Part shown: positions 37,821-47,852 of the stretch, one piece after another | How the letters are laid out: every line of letters starts with the position of its first letter | Numbering within the stretch: the first letter of the stretch is position 1 | Assembly (NCBI GenBank): GCA_964448295.1 | Contig: CAYUVV010000003.1 | Coordinates: 9,543 to 73,542, forward strand | Source: an uncultured Candidatus Saccharibacteria bacterium | GTDB lineage: Bacteria; Patescibacteriota; Minisyncoccia; Phycocordibacterales; JACOZG01 | Reading direction: 5' to 3' | Length of the DNA: 64,000 bases | Program-made: the position numbers and the translations under genes | Notes under the pieces: model-generated | What the model saw: only the letters and a program-made list of their open reading frames with translations | Told to the model about the DNA's origin: nothing | Database searches by the model: none

Positions 37821-39323
37821 TTAACGAAAATTTAAACGAAGCGCTTGTAAAACCGGCGAGACGGATCCGTCACCAGCCAGCCGCACGCGGTATTGCGCCC
37901 ACACTCGACCGTTCTCGCTTATTGGCACAAGACTACCGCTAGCCAGCGTAAAATCGGAGCCGGAACCTTGCGCCCCCACCCACTCCCCCCAGACCCCAGG
38001 AACGCCGCCGCTGTCTGGCGCGGTGCGCACATTAACCGTAATAGAACAGTTGGGAGAGCAGGCATCGTCCGCCTCCCACTCCACCACCTGCAGTGGTGAT
38101 GGCCCACCCAAATTGAAAGCGGAAGACGTCAATTCTCCCCGCAGAGCATAGGTTGAACGCCCCCAATTTACTCCAGCGTTGTCGAACAAAACGGTAATCG
38201 GGCCGGTGTTCACCGCCGCGGCATCAAGCCAAATCCCAATTTTTAAAAAGTACATACCGGCCGCCGGCGCAACAGCGGCACAGTCCACCGCACCGGTCGA
38301 CAGCCAGCCAGTGTTACCACGCAATTGATTGGAGGACCAAATTTCCGACCCTAAAGCGGGCGGGCCGGAGACCGCGTCTAAAAACATCAGAATTCGAAAA
38401 TCGTCGGCACGGCGATTGCCAGCAACCCAATCGGTCACTCGCCATTCCGTGCTACAGATTAAAGGCAGGTTGTCTTCCGTTAGCCTAACTGGTCGTTGCC
38501 AATAAGCTCCCACCTGATCGTCTCGTGCGTTGAAGGGAATATTTATTTGAACGGTTCCGCCGGGATGGCCACCGCTTGCCTGCCATTGACCGGTAGGTGT
38601 AACCTCTCCCGGCCCAACCCCCCAAGGAGAAAACGACCAGCCCGAGACAGTATCAAAATTTTGATTAAGAGATCCGTCTGCGGTGGTGGTTTGCCGAAGA
38701 CGCAAACCGCCGGGCACGCTTTCTACCTGGCCATCGTCAGAGTCGTAACGGGTCGGGTCGAGCCACAAACCTTGACCCGAACCACCCGACCAGTCGGTCG
38801 TCTCCCAATCGAGAGAATCCCAGTTGCTTAAATAAAAAGGCAAACGAAACTCTCGCGATTCGCCGGCGGCTGAACGCCAATTAACAACCGCGGTAACCTG
38901 CCTAGCGTGGGGGTCAAGCCAGTTCGCCGGGCAAGCCGCAATCGCCCCATCCATGGTGCGGCAAACGGGCGAAAATACTAGGCGCCGCTCCAAAACACCA
39001 TCGGTGCCAATCGCCCCCTCCCCCGCGAAAGACCATTGCCCTCCTGCCCAGACCGGGTCGCTAGTCTGTAAATTTAATTCGTTCCAAGCGCGGGCGGCAA
39101 TCGCCCGCGCCGCTTCCAGACCAGACCAAGCATAGCGTCGCACCAACGCTTCGCCGTCAGTAGCCATCGCCAGTTGATAACCGTTAAGAACCAAAGGGGT
39201 TAAGCTGGCGGCGAGAAGGGCAAACAAGGCCACCGCCAAAACTAATTCGAACAAACTTTGGCCACGATCTGACGAAGAAAACATAATCACAACCCGCAGG
39301 ATCCTAACACTATGCCGCCCCAA
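37821..39323 (-). CDS. large pilin-like protein (minor pilin/tip-adhesin candidate)
   Basis: GQSLFELVLAVALFALLAAS prepilin-type N-terminus followed by a 450-aa globular domain. Confidence 0.55.
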   Translation of the reverse strand: MGRHSVRILRVVIMFSSSDRGQSLFELVLAVALFALLAASLTPLVLNGYQLAMATDGEALVRRYAWSGLEAARAIAARAWNELNLQTSDPVWAGGQWSFAGEGAIGTDGVLERRLVFSPVCRTMDGAIAACPANWLDPHARQVTAVVNWRSAAGESREFRLPFYLSNWDSLDWETTDWSGGSGQGLWLDPTRYDSDDGQVESVPGGLRLRQTTTADGSLNQNFDTVSGWSFSPWGVGPGEVTPTGQWQASGGHPGGTVQINIPFNARDDQVGAYWQRPVRLTEDNLPLICSTEWRVTDWVAGNRRADDFRILMFLDAVSGPPALGSEIWSSNQLRGNTGWLSTGAVDCAAVAPAAGMYFLKIGIWLDAAAVNTGPITVLFDNAGVNWGRSTYALRGELTSSAFNLGGPSPLQVVEWEADDACSPNCSITVNVRTAPDSGGVPGVWGEWVGAQGSGSDFTLASGSLVPISENGRVWAQYRVRLAGDGSVSPVLQALRLNFR

Positions 39324-39775
39324 GAATTAAGATCCACGCAAACAGTTCGAGCGGCGCTCGCGACAGTAATCGTCCCCGCCGCCGCCGGCAAACCGGTGGC
39401 GGCGGCAAAATTGAAATCCGCTCCAGCAGGGCCGGTAGTGGTAAGACTCACGGTCGCCGGCCAAGGCAATGTTTCGTCACCCGCCGGATCTCGCGCCGCA
39501 AACGACGCCCCGCGATACAAAATCAATCGCCGACTGCTGGTATCAACATACAAACCATGATTGGTAAAATGCCAACCAGCGCTCGCCCGCTCTGCTACTT
39601 GACGCAACCAGCTCGCCACCTCGGGAGCGAAGCGATCGGCCTCATCTCCGGGAATAAAATTCCGGTACGCCGTTGGCAAGGCCGCCGCCGCCACCAACAC
39701 TACCGCGACCGTGATCAACAACTCGACCATCGTCAGGCCGCAGCGTTTAGCGTTGCGGCAAACTGGTGAGCTCAT
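39287..39775 (-). CDS. pilin-like / pseudopilin
   Basis: Leader MSSPVCRNAKRCG then LTMVELLITVAVVLVAAA. Start chosen at the ATG at 39775; the alternative is 39823. Confidence 0.5.
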   Translation of the reverse strand: MSSPVCRNAKRCGLTMVELLITVAVVLVAAAALPTAYRNFIPGDEADRFAPEVASWLRQVAERASAGWHFTNHGLYVDTSSRRLILYRGASFAARDPAGDETLPWPATVSLTTTGPAGADFNFAAATGLPAAAGTITVASAARTVCVDLNSWGGIVLGSCGL

Positions 39776-40793
39776 AGATAGGCGTAATAATTGATAGAGC
39801 AAACCACGCCACCACCAAACCAATCACAAAGAGCAAAAGTGGTTCGATAATTGTCGGCAAAGTTTTAATCGCCCGCTCCGCCTCGGCTTCGTAAAAATCG
39901 GCCAAATAAAACAAACTCGATTCCAGCTCCCCGGTCTCCTCTCCTACCTCGATCATCCGCGTTGTGAGTTCGGGAAACAAATCGGGATAAAGCCGCAAAC
40001 TAGCTGAGAGTTTGTTTCCGGCCACAAGATGATCCCGCGCGGCCATAGATGCCTGTTGATAATAATAATTACTCGAGGCCGTGCCCGCGAGACGCAGGGC
40101 CTCATCGGCACTCACCCCACTTTTCAACAACAGACCCACCCGGCGGCTCAAACGACCCATATTTAATTCACGCGTGAGGCGACCCACCAGCGGCAAACGG
40201 AGCCACAACCAATGCATTACTGGTTTCAAAAACGACTGACGAATTAACCACCACAAGCCGAACAGGCCGGCGGTGAGAATACCAATCCACCACCAAATCG
40301 TTCCCCGGGTTAAATCAGCCAAACGCAAAAGCCAACGCGTCGTCCACGGCAAATCAATCCGCAAACCAGAAAACAAGGGCAATAATTTAGGAAACACAGT
40401 TAACGCCAGAATCGCGCCCAAGACGATCGTCAACACGAGAATCGTCAGTGGGTAGATCAACGCTCCCCGCAGTTTGGCAAACAGCGTCGACTCCTTCTCG
40501 AGCTCCGCCGCCACGCCAGCAAGGTTATCACCCAAAGTGCCAGAACTCTCACCGGTCTCCACGGCGCTAACAAGCAAGGCGGGGAAGAAGGCGGGGTAAT
40601 CGCGCAAAGCGACCGACAGCCGCCGCCCGCCAGCTACACTCGCCGCAACGGCCTTCAAGACCGGCCGTAAACGCCGACTAGAGCGCCCTGCCAAACTCAA
40701 GGCCTCGGTAATGGTCAAACCGGCCTTGATCGTCACCGCCAAATGACGAGCGAGCAAGGATTGTTCTTTGATTGAGACTGGCATGCCAATCAT
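39747..40793 (-). CDS. pilC: type IV pilus inner-membrane platform protein PilC (GspF family)
   Basis: Two GspF repeats (LSVALRDYPAFFP... / LSASLRLYPDLFP...). TM helices. Confidence 0.85.
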   Translation of the reverse strand: MIGMPVSIKEQSLLARHLAVTIKAGLTITEALSLAGRSSRRLRPVLKAVAASVAGGRRLSVALRDYPAFFPALLVSAVETGESSGTLGDNLAGVAAELEKESTLFAKLRGALIYPLTILVLTIVLGAILALTVFPKLLPLFSGLRIDLPWTTRWLLRLADLTRGTIWWWIGILTAGLFGLWWLIRQSFLKPVMHWLWLRLPLVGRLTRELNMGRLSRRVGLLLKSGVSADEALRLAGTASSNYYYQQASMAARDHLVAGNKLSASLRLYPDLFPELTTRMIEVGEETGELESSLFYLADFYEAEAERAIKTLPTIIEPLLLFVIGLVVAWFALSIITPIYELTSLPQR

Positions 40794-42481
40794 AATTTAA
40801 TCACACGCAAAACTTCAGCCAAAGTGGTTTCGCCGGTAATCACTTTGCCGAGGCCGTCTTCGAGCATCGTCGTCATTCCCTCCGCCGCCGCGGCGGCCAA
40901 AATTTCATGGCTAGCCGCTCTGGCCACAATCAATTTTTTAATTTTGTCGGTTATTTCCAAAACTTCAAAAATTCCCAGCCGGCCCACGAAACCGGTTTCT
41001 CCGCAGGTGCGACAACCCAAACCACGGTACAGAGTTAGATCATTCAAACGACGATACCCGCGTCGGCGCAATGAGCGACGAATCGTTTCATCCTCTTCAA
41101 TTAAACGCCGATCAGCCACCGTCGGCTCGCTCGAAACCCGGCAACGCTCACAGATTTTTCGCACCAAACGTTGAGCCAACACCACATTGACCGTGGACGC
41201 AACCAGAAAAGGCTCGATCCCCATATCGAGCAAACGGGGCAGGGTCGTCGCGGCATCGTTCGCGTGAACCGTGGAAAGAACGAGATGGCCGGTCATGGCC
41301 GAATTGATCGCGATCCCAGCTGTTTCCTCGTCACGAATCTCCCCCACCACAATCACGTCAGGATCTTGGCGCAAAATGGAGCGCAGACCTTGAGCAAAGG
41401 TGAGGTTGGTTTTGGGATTAACCTGAATTTGGCTTACACCACTAATCTCATATTCCACCGGATCTTCAATGGTCGAAATGTGCACATCGCGGCGATTGAG
41501 AATTTTGATGACCGCGTAAACGGTTGTGGTTTTGCCGGAACCAGTCGGGCCGGTAACGAGAATCATACCGTGAGGATTATCAATCGCTCGTCTGACCCGA
41601 ACGAGGTCGGTTTCCCCTAAGCCAAGTTCTGTCAAGCTAAACTGCCGACTGTTTTCGGCCAACAGACGCAAGACCAGATTTTCCCCCTGCGTTACCGGCA
41701 CCAAAGAAACCCGCACATCCACTCGCTCGCCGCTCGTCTCAAAACTAAATCGACCGTCTTGGGCAGATTGATGTTCGTCGAGTCGGAGACGGGCCAAAAT
41801 CTTCAAGCGCGAGAGCAGTGGCTCGCGCAGTACAGCCGGCAAATCAAAAGCATCATGAAGAACGCCATCAATCCGAAAACGCACGAGCAAGCGCGTTCTT
41901 TGCGGCTCAAAATGAATATCGGAAGCTCTCTGCTGATAGGCCTGATGCAAAATCAAGTGGACAAGGCGAACAACCATATTCTGCCGCTCGGTTTCCGGCA
42001 CCTCCTCGGCTGATAACCGCTTAACCACCTGCGTTAATTCTTCGCGCAAACCTTGGCGATATTGATTAAAAGAATCGAGAAGGCCGCGACGGGTAACCAA
42101 AAACGGAATTATGGCATCACCCAAACGCCGTGATAGGTTTTGCAACAAATCAAATTTGGTCGGATCAAGCATGCCCACCCGCACGCCGGCAGGCGTGCGG
42201 GTGATCGCCACCACCCCTTCTGCCCGCGCCACCGATTCGGGAATTAAATTAAAAATCTGGGGGTCAATTTTCTCACGGCGCAAATTCAAAAAATCAAACC
42301 CGAAATGGTCGGCCAAAAGCTGGCCCAACTGCTCGTCACGGATAAGACCGCGATCAACTAGAAAATCGGCAAGGGGGCGACGCTCCAACCGGCTCTCCGC
42401 TTCGGCCGCAGCCAACGCCTCGGCCGAGAGATGCCCGGGCGCCACCAAGATTTGCCGCAACACTTCAACGTTCGTCTCCAT
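40790..42481 (-). CDS. pilB: type IV pilus assembly ATPase PilB (GspE family)
   Basis: Walker A VTGPTGSGKTTT. Asp box. His box. C-terminal tetracysteine CERC...CRTCGETG. Confidence 0.9.
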   Translation of the reverse strand: METNVEVLRQILVAPGHLSAEALAAAEAESRLERRPLADFLVDRGLIRDEQLGQLLADHFGFDFLNLRREKIDPQIFNLIPESVARAEGVVAITRTPAGVRVGMLDPTKFDLLQNLSRRLGDAIIPFLVTRRGLLDSFNQYRQGLREELTQVVKRLSAEEVPETERQNMVVRLVHLILHQAYQQRASDIHFEPQRTRLLVRFRIDGVLHDAFDLPAVLREPLLSRLKILARLRLDEHQSAQDGRFSFETSGERVDVRVSLVPVTQGENLVLRLLAENSRQFSLTELGLGETDLVRVRRAIDNPHGMILVTGPTGSGKTTTVYAVIKILNRRDVHISTIEDPVEYEISGVSQIQVNPKTNLTFAQGLRSILRQDPDVIVVGEIRDEETAGIAINSAMTGHLVLSTVHANDAATTLPRLLDMGIEPFLVASTVNVVLAQRLVRKICERCRVSSEPTVADRRLIEEDETIRRSLRRRGYRRLNDLTLYRGLGCRTCGETGFVGRLGIFEVLEITDKIKKLIVARAASHEILAAAAAEGMTTMLEDGLGKVITGETTLAEVLRVIKL

Positions 42482-42860
42482 CGAGAAAATTTTTGACTCG
42501 CGCCACCACTTCTTTTAATTGCACATCCGATTTGACCAGATAATCAATGGCGCCGAGTTGGCGGGCCTTGGCAATATCGCTTTCCTGACCGAGATTAGAG
42601 AGGACAATCACGGGTGTGGCTTGAAGATCGGGGTCAGCGCGCAGATTTTCCAACACCGCGAATCCTGATTGGCCGGGCATAATCAAATCAAGCAAAACGA
42701 GATCGGGCCGTTCCGATCGAATGAGGGAGATCGTCTCTCGCCCGGTTCCCGCTCGGATCACCCGCAAACCCTCTCGGGCAAGACGCTCACCGACGGCCAC
42801 GGCTAAAAATTTGTCATCCTCGGCAAGCAGAACTTTTTTTCCGTGTTCTCCCTTTACCAT
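42465..42860 (-). CDS. CheY-like single-domain response regulator
   Basis: KKVLLAEDD...DLVLLDLIMPGQSG...ATPVIVLS...K receiver motifs. Start trimmed to the ATG at 42860. Confidence 0.8.
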   Translation of the reverse strand: MVKGEHGKKVLLAEDDKFLAVAVGERLAREGLRVIRAGTGRETISLIRSERPDLVLLDLIMPGQSGFAVLENLRADPDLQATPVIVLSNLGQESDIAKARQLGAIDYLVKSDVQLKEVVARVKNFLDGDER

Positions 42861-42864
42861 AACC

Positions 42865-44022
42865 TCATGCCAATCCCTTGGCTCCCGAACGCGCCGGCAT
42901 GCCGGTGAGCGGGAACGCCGCGTAAAACGTTGACCCCTGACCCTCAAGTGACTCAAACCAGACCCGCCCGCCTACCGCCTCCATAATAGACTTAACGATG
43001 TAGAGCCCAAGACCGGTGCCGTCGGCCTCTTGATCGCGGATGTTTTCAGCACGAAATAGTTTGGTGAAAATTTTGTGCTGATCCGAGGCGGGTATACCAA
43101 AACCACTGTCAGCCACCCGCCAAACTATTTCTTCGCCCACGCGCGACAATTCCACCGCGATCGTGCCGGCTGGCGGCGTATATTTAACCGCGTTCGACAA
43201 ATAATTTTGAAACACAATCCGTGTTAGCTTGGGATCAACACTTAAAATCGGTAAACCGGTGGCGTATAACTTAGACAAATCAATACGCTTCTCGGCCAAG
43301 ATCGGCGCCAGTTCGGCCACCACGCTGTCAGCCAGCTCACGGAGATCAGTCGGTTTCGGCTCGATGGCGAAAGTGCCGAGATCAATCCGCGAAACGTTCA
43401 ACAGTGAATTGACGAGCTCAATCATGCGCCGATTAGAATTGTATAAGTTTTCTAAATATTCTTTTTGTTTGCGATTCAACTTGCCAATCTCTTGCTCGAG
43501 CATCGTCTCGGCGTACCAATTAATGGCAGAGAGAGGGGTTTTTAACTGATGCGAGGCGAGAGAGACAAACTCCGTTTTGGCGCGATCCACCTCCTTATCT
43601 CGCGCCACATCGCGAAAAATGACGATCGCCCCATCCACCTCTCCTGCCACCAATAGCGGCGCTACCATCATCGCCACCGGAAAAGAGACGCCGGCGCTAT
43701 TTTTGAGTTGCAAATCGTCGCGCAAACTGAAAGAAATAATGTTTTTCTCGGCCATCGCTCGAGACACCGGTGGAGCCAACGCCTCGCGAACGGTCGAACT
43801 ATTGCCGCGCTCCAAAACGAACACCTCGCGAATATCTTTCCCCACAGCCGCTTGTGGCGCCAAACGAAGCATGATGCCTGCGGCCTGATTCATCAAAATA
43901 ATTTTTTCTGAACGATCGACAGCAATTAACCCCTCGGCCATCGAGGAAAGAATCGCGTTCAATTGATCTTGGCGCAGAGGCGACAAGGGCGGCATGGCAG
44001 CAGCATCATCCATCGCTACCAA
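42865..44022 (-). CDS. PAS-domain sensor histidine kinase
   Basis: PAS (LNAILSSMAEGLIAVD). HisKA H-box SHQLKTPLSAI. HATPase G-box GTGLGLYIV. Confidence 0.85.
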   Translation of the reverse strand: MVAMDDAAAMPPLSPLRQDQLNAILSSMAEGLIAVDRSEKIILMNQAAGIMLRLAPQAAVGKDIREVFVLERGNSSTVREALAPPVSRAMAEKNIISFSLRDDLQLKNSAGVSFPVAMMVAPLLVAGEVDGAIVIFRDVARDKEVDRAKTEFVSLASHQLKTPLSAINWYAETMLEQEIGKLNRKQKEYLENLYNSNRRMIELVNSLLNVSRIDLGTFAIEPKPTDLRELADSVVAELAPILAEKRIDLSKLYATGLPILSVDPKLTRIVFQNYLSNAVKYTPPAGTIAVELSRVGEEIVWRVADSGFGIPASDQHKIFTKLFRAENIRDQEADGTGLGLYIVKSIMEAVGGRVWFESLEGQGSTFYAAFPLTGMPARSGAKGLA

Positions 44023-44062
44023 TTATACAACAGAAAACCCTGCGCGGGGGTTGAGAAAGGGC

Positions 44063-45550
44063 TTACCAAGAAGCCCCGAGCGCCGCCCGGAGACGTTCCA
44101 GCGCTTGTTGCCAAGCCGTCGGCGACGGCTCACCAATGATCACTCCCTCATGATTGCCGTGATAAATTGTCTCAGATGCGGAACCAGAAAAATTCCAAGT
44201 TGTTGACGGCAAGATACGCACCGGCTCCGCGACGGTGTCGCCCTTAAAGTTAAACAAGAAAACCGCTTGGGTGGGCTGATTGATTCGCACATTATCAAGC
44301 GTTACCGCCACTCGAGAGCGTGTGTCCCAAGCTTGGGGTTCGTAACCACCAGCCCGAAAACCGATGTAAGTATTGTTAATGATCGCATTCTGAAACAAAA
44401 CCCGACCAGCCGCGGAACCATAATCAGGATGAATCAAATCATAAACGGCCGCGAGACCAAAGGTGCCACCATCAACCACAATGTCTCGCGCAACAATATC
44501 TACCATCGGGCTGGCCGCGCGTAAGACCGACAGCACGGCATACACACACGCCCCCTTATTATTTTCGCATCGGACATTTTCAATCAATACCGTCGCCCAA
44601 TCGAGCGGGCTACCCGGCTCCACATCAATTGCCGATTGCGGCGATTTGCCAGCGGTATTGCGAAACACACTGTCGCTAATTTCCACCCCGCGGCCGGAGA
44701 TCACTGAAACTCCCTGCCGACCGCAGCGGTCGGTAACAATATTGCGAATCTCGATATTGGTCGGTGGCGGTCGGTTGCCGACAAAGCCGGGCAGAAGGGT
44801 GATGCCATCACCTTCAGTTTTTTCAAACGTCGCGCCATCAATCGTGATATTTTCGCCGCCCGCAATCTGAACCAGCGCCCGAAACTCACTCCACTCGGCT
44901 GGCGGCAGAGATCGTTGCTCACCGATAAAGCGCCCATTCTTAATCGTCACATTTCGACACGCGTCATCGCAACCCAAAAGAAAATAAAGGTCAGAGCGAA
45001 CGAGATGCGGGGTGCCGATATGATTGCTTGCGGCCGCACGGATCGTGATACCGCTTAGATCCAGAGTGATGTTTGCCGGCAACCAGAGTTCTCCCGGCCG
45101 AACAGTATAGGTGCCGGCCTCGGGGCGGCAGACGGCACTAGGATTGGCGGCGCAACCAGCCAGCAAATTTTTTAATTTAGTCGTGTCATCAACCGGCGGT
45201 GATGGCGAAGCCGGTGGCGCGGGTGGAGTAGAAGCAAGCGGCGGCTCCGGATCGTCTGGCTCCGGCGGTAATGGCCTCACTGGTTTAGGCGTAACTTTGG
45301 GCGCAAGGGTTGGGCGAACGGGAGTAACGACCGGCGTCAACGGCAACTGGTTATTGGCGCGCAACAAAGCGATCAAATCAAGTAAGCGGCGCAAAAGAAC
45401 AATCAAGCGCCCCAGTTCTTGGCTATTCAAACGCTGAAGTGATGAATTAGAATCGAGTAACGGCGGAACGGCCAGAGCCGGCCGGGCGCCCATCACCCCA
45501 ACAAAAAAGACTAGAGCGAGAAAAAACGCCGCGATTTTTGTTCTAGACAT
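44063..45550 (-). CDS. secreted right-handed parallel beta-helix repeat protein
   Basis: Signal peptide. Pro-rich linker. Repeated N-[IV]T-I-x-N/G beta-helix rungs (NVTIKNGRF, NITIDGATF, NIEIRNIV). Confidence 0.6.
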   Translation of the reverse strand: MSRTKIAAFFLALVFFVGVMGARPALAVPPLLDSNSSLQRLNSQELGRLIVLLRRLLDLIALLRANNQLPLTPVVTPVRPTLAPKVTPKPVRPLPPEPDDPEPPLASTPPAPPASPSPPVDDTTKLKNLLAGCAANPSAVCRPEAGTYTVRPGELWLPANITLDLSGITIRAAASNHIGTPHLVRSDLYFLLGCDDACRNVTIKNGRFIGEQRSLPPAEWSEFRALVQIAGGENITIDGATFEKTEGDGITLLPGFVGNRPPPTNIEIRNIVTDRCGRQGVSVISGRGVEISDSVFRNTAGKSPQSAIDVEPGSPLDWATVLIENVRCENNKGACVYAVLSVLRAASPMVDIVARDIVVDGGTFGLAAVYDLIHPDYGSAAGRVLFQNAIINNTYIGFRAGGYEPQAWDTRSRVAVTLDNVRINQPTQAVFLFNFKGDTVAEPVRILPSTTWNFSGSASETIYHGNHEGVIIGEPSPTAWQQALERLRAALGASW

Positions 45551-45594
45551 TTCCCTAGTTTACCATAGTCGAACTTTGCGGGTACAATCAGAGA

Positions 45595-45999
45595 ATGAAT
45601 AAAGTACAACATTTCGAAATTCCCGCTGATGACCTAGCCCGCGCGCGCCAGTTTTATGAAACAGTATTTGGGTGGCACACAGCCGAGTGGCCAATGCCGG
45701 GCGGCGGCGTTTACGTTGGCTTGCACACCGGCCCCACGGACGAAAAAAATATGGTGCAAGAATCAGGCTTTATCAATGGCGGAATGTTTAAACGCGGTAA
45801 CGACTTTGCGGCGACCGGGGTCGTGATCACGCCCGTCGTTGACGACATTAAGAACACGATCGCGAAAGTTAAACAAAGCGGCGGCACGGTGCTTGCCGAA
45901 CCCAAAACTATTCCCGAGATGGGCATCTACGCTTATATCAAAGACACTGAGGGTAACGTCATCGGCCTGTGGCAATCTCTTAAAAAGCAGGAAAATTAA
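45595..45999 (+). CDS. VOC/glyoxalase-family protein
   Basis: FEIPADDLARARQFYETVFGW...GNVIGLW glyoxalase-fold pattern. Confidence 0.75.
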   Translation: MNKVQHFEIPADDLARARQFYETVFGWHTAEWPMPGGGVYVGLHTGPTDEKNMVQESGFINGGMFKRGNDFAATGVVITPVVDDIKNTIAKVKQSGGTVLAEPKTIPEMGIYAYIKDTEGNVIGLWQSLKKQEN

Positions 46000-46171
46000 A
46001 TTTGAGTTCTATTCTGGTGCTGGCATATTAACCTTTGCGCAAACCCATTTCACACGCGCGGAGCGCGTGGTGAATCGGGACTGAATCGTACGCTCTCCAC
46101 CCCGCCCGCCCTGTGCGCGCACAAATCCCAGCCGTTTTGAGGAGATATTATAAAACGGCGGGGATTGCTCC

Positions 46172-46678
46172 CTACATCAACTTTTTCATCCAAAAGAAAA
46201 ACCTTTTCGCTAAACTAACGATTATCAAACTAGAATACTTTTTGTAAATCTTACCAGTACTATCTTTTACATAGACATAGAAAATATCACTCACTTCTAC
46301 TGGAATAAACTTACCATTTTCAGAATCGTAGAAAGTAAATTCTTCCTGTCCCTGTGGTTTTAGCTGTTCACCTATTACAACACGGCGATGTTCTTCTTCT
46401 TTTGTTTTTCCGTCCCATGTCTTTATGCCAAAGGCAATAATATTGATACTCCGCCGAGTGCTTGTGTTTGTTGCGTTTATCCAAAACCCACTTCGACCGG
46501 CCCCTCTTTTATCAAAAATATATGTTAATTTGACTCTCTTATTTTCAAAGTAAATTGTTACAAGCAACGTCAAGAACAAGAGGAGCGTTGTAATCCATTC
46601 GGCCGGGTTGGCTTTGAATTGAGAAACAGCGAAAGATAGCATCGAGACTAAACTATTGATACTACGGCTGAACACCAT
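46172..46678 (-). CDS. hypothetical single-pass membrane protein (island gene 3)
   Basis: TM helix WITTLLLFLTLLVTIYF followed by a 120-aa beta-rich domain. 17-nt overlap with the protease gene. Confidence 0.5.
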   Translation of the reverse strand: MVFSRSINSLVSMLSFAVSQFKANPAEWITTLLLFLTLLVTIYFENKRVKLTYIFDKRGAGRSGFWINATNTSTRRSINIIAFGIKTWDGKTKEEEHRRVVIGEQLKPQGQEEFTFYDSENGKFIPVEVSDIFYVYVKDSTGKIYKKYSSLIIVSLAKRFFFWMKKLM

Positions 46679-47852
46679 ATTGGCGCTGTAGGCGTAATAG
46701 TTCTTCTCTTGCTGTTACTCTATATTCGTCAAAAAGAGCGTCTGCTTCATCAATGACTTGCGCAGAAGACCCACCATCTAATGCATACATTGCCAGTTCA
46801 CTCACCTCGCTGATATAAGCTGTCAAGATTCTCCTCAAGTTTTGAAGTTCTGGTTCAGCGATTAACTTATTTTTTACTATTATAATTTCATAGTAATATT
46901 TAGCGCAACTCTTTTTATAGTTAGCCATTTCCTCATCAATATTATCGGGAATCATTTCCGGAGTACCATATTTAACTAAATTATTTCCTTTACCAAGAAT
47001 TGTGCAGTTAATATCTGCCTCAACAACTTTTTCCTCAAGTACATTTTCAAACTCAACTATCTGTGCTTTGATTCTTGAATAATCTTTCTGTGGCGCAGGT
47101 TGTGATGGTTTTGGTTGTGACGCCGTTGCTTTCGGTTTTGGTGCAAGAATTTCTCGACCATTTTTAAGATCGGGAATCAATCCTTTTACGGCATTTATCG
47201 GAATTGCCAATTTTATCGTTTCTCCGATTGTGACTCCCTCGATAGACTCACCAAAACCCGCCGAATTTATACCTACAACTTCGCCGGAATGATTGACGAG
47301 AGGTCCGCCACTATTCCCCGGATGAATTTCAGCAGAAGTTTCGAGAAAAGTTACGTCTCCGTCACTAATGCGCCTGGAAATTGTTCCCTCCTTAAAACTC
47401 ACATCACCCTCCAATCCGAACGGAAAGCCGAGTGTAAAAACATTATTACCCTGCACTATCGCGTCAGAATCTCCGAATTTTACGAAAGGAAAATTTTCCC
47501 CGCTAATTTTCAAAATTGCAACATCGATAATTTCGTCTCGTCCTTTTACTTCGGCAGAATAAAGTTGTCCGTCAGACAATTTTACTTTCGCGGTGGAAAC
47601 GTCCGCGACAACATGAGCGTTAGTTAAAATATAGCCTTCCGCGTTAATTATCATTCCACTACCAACGCCTTCGGTTGTTTCGATATAAACTGTCGCGGGT
47701 TTTACCTCCGTAACAATTTCAGTGTTTGATAAAACTTTTTGTTCATTCCCAATTTTAGGTAGGTCAAAGTTTTTGTAAGCAACAACACCTCCGGAGATCA
47801 AGATAAGACCGCCCAAAATAATAAGCCCTAGTTTTGTGGTTAATATATTCAT
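46662..47852 (-). CDS. membrane-anchored trypsin-fold (S1/HtrA-like) serine protease with unknown C-terminal helical domain instead of PDZ
   Basis: N-terminal TM helix. Catalytic His (LTNAHVV), Asp (DVAILKI), Ser (GNSGGPLV). Pro/Gln linker, then a 170-aa domain with no recognised family. Confidence 0.75.
   Translation of the reverse strand: MNILTTKLGLIILGGLILISGGVVAYKNFDLPKIGNEQKVLSNTEIVTEVKPATVYIETTEGVGSGMIINAEGYILTNAHVVADVSTAKVKLSDGQLYSAEVKGRDEIIDVAILKISGENFPFVKFGDSDAIVQGNNVFTLGFPFGLEGDVSFKEGTISRRISDGDVTFLETSAEIHPGNSGGPLVNHSGEVVGINSAGFGESIEGVTIGETIKLAIPINAVKGLIPDLKNGREILAPKPKATASQPKPSQPAPQKDYSRIKAQIVEFENVLEEKVVEADINCTILGKGNNLVKYGTPEMIPDNIDEEMANYKKSCAKYYYEIIIVKNKLIAEPELQNLRRILTAYISEVSELAMYALDGGSSAQVIDEADALFDEYRVTAREELLRLQRQYGVQP

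Noticed and set aside
46000-46170. Direct repeat of the tRNA-Leu 3' end marking the distal edge of the AT-rich island
   Set aside because: Only a weak partial match (gcgcgg-ag) was found by eye, so no att duplication can be claimed.
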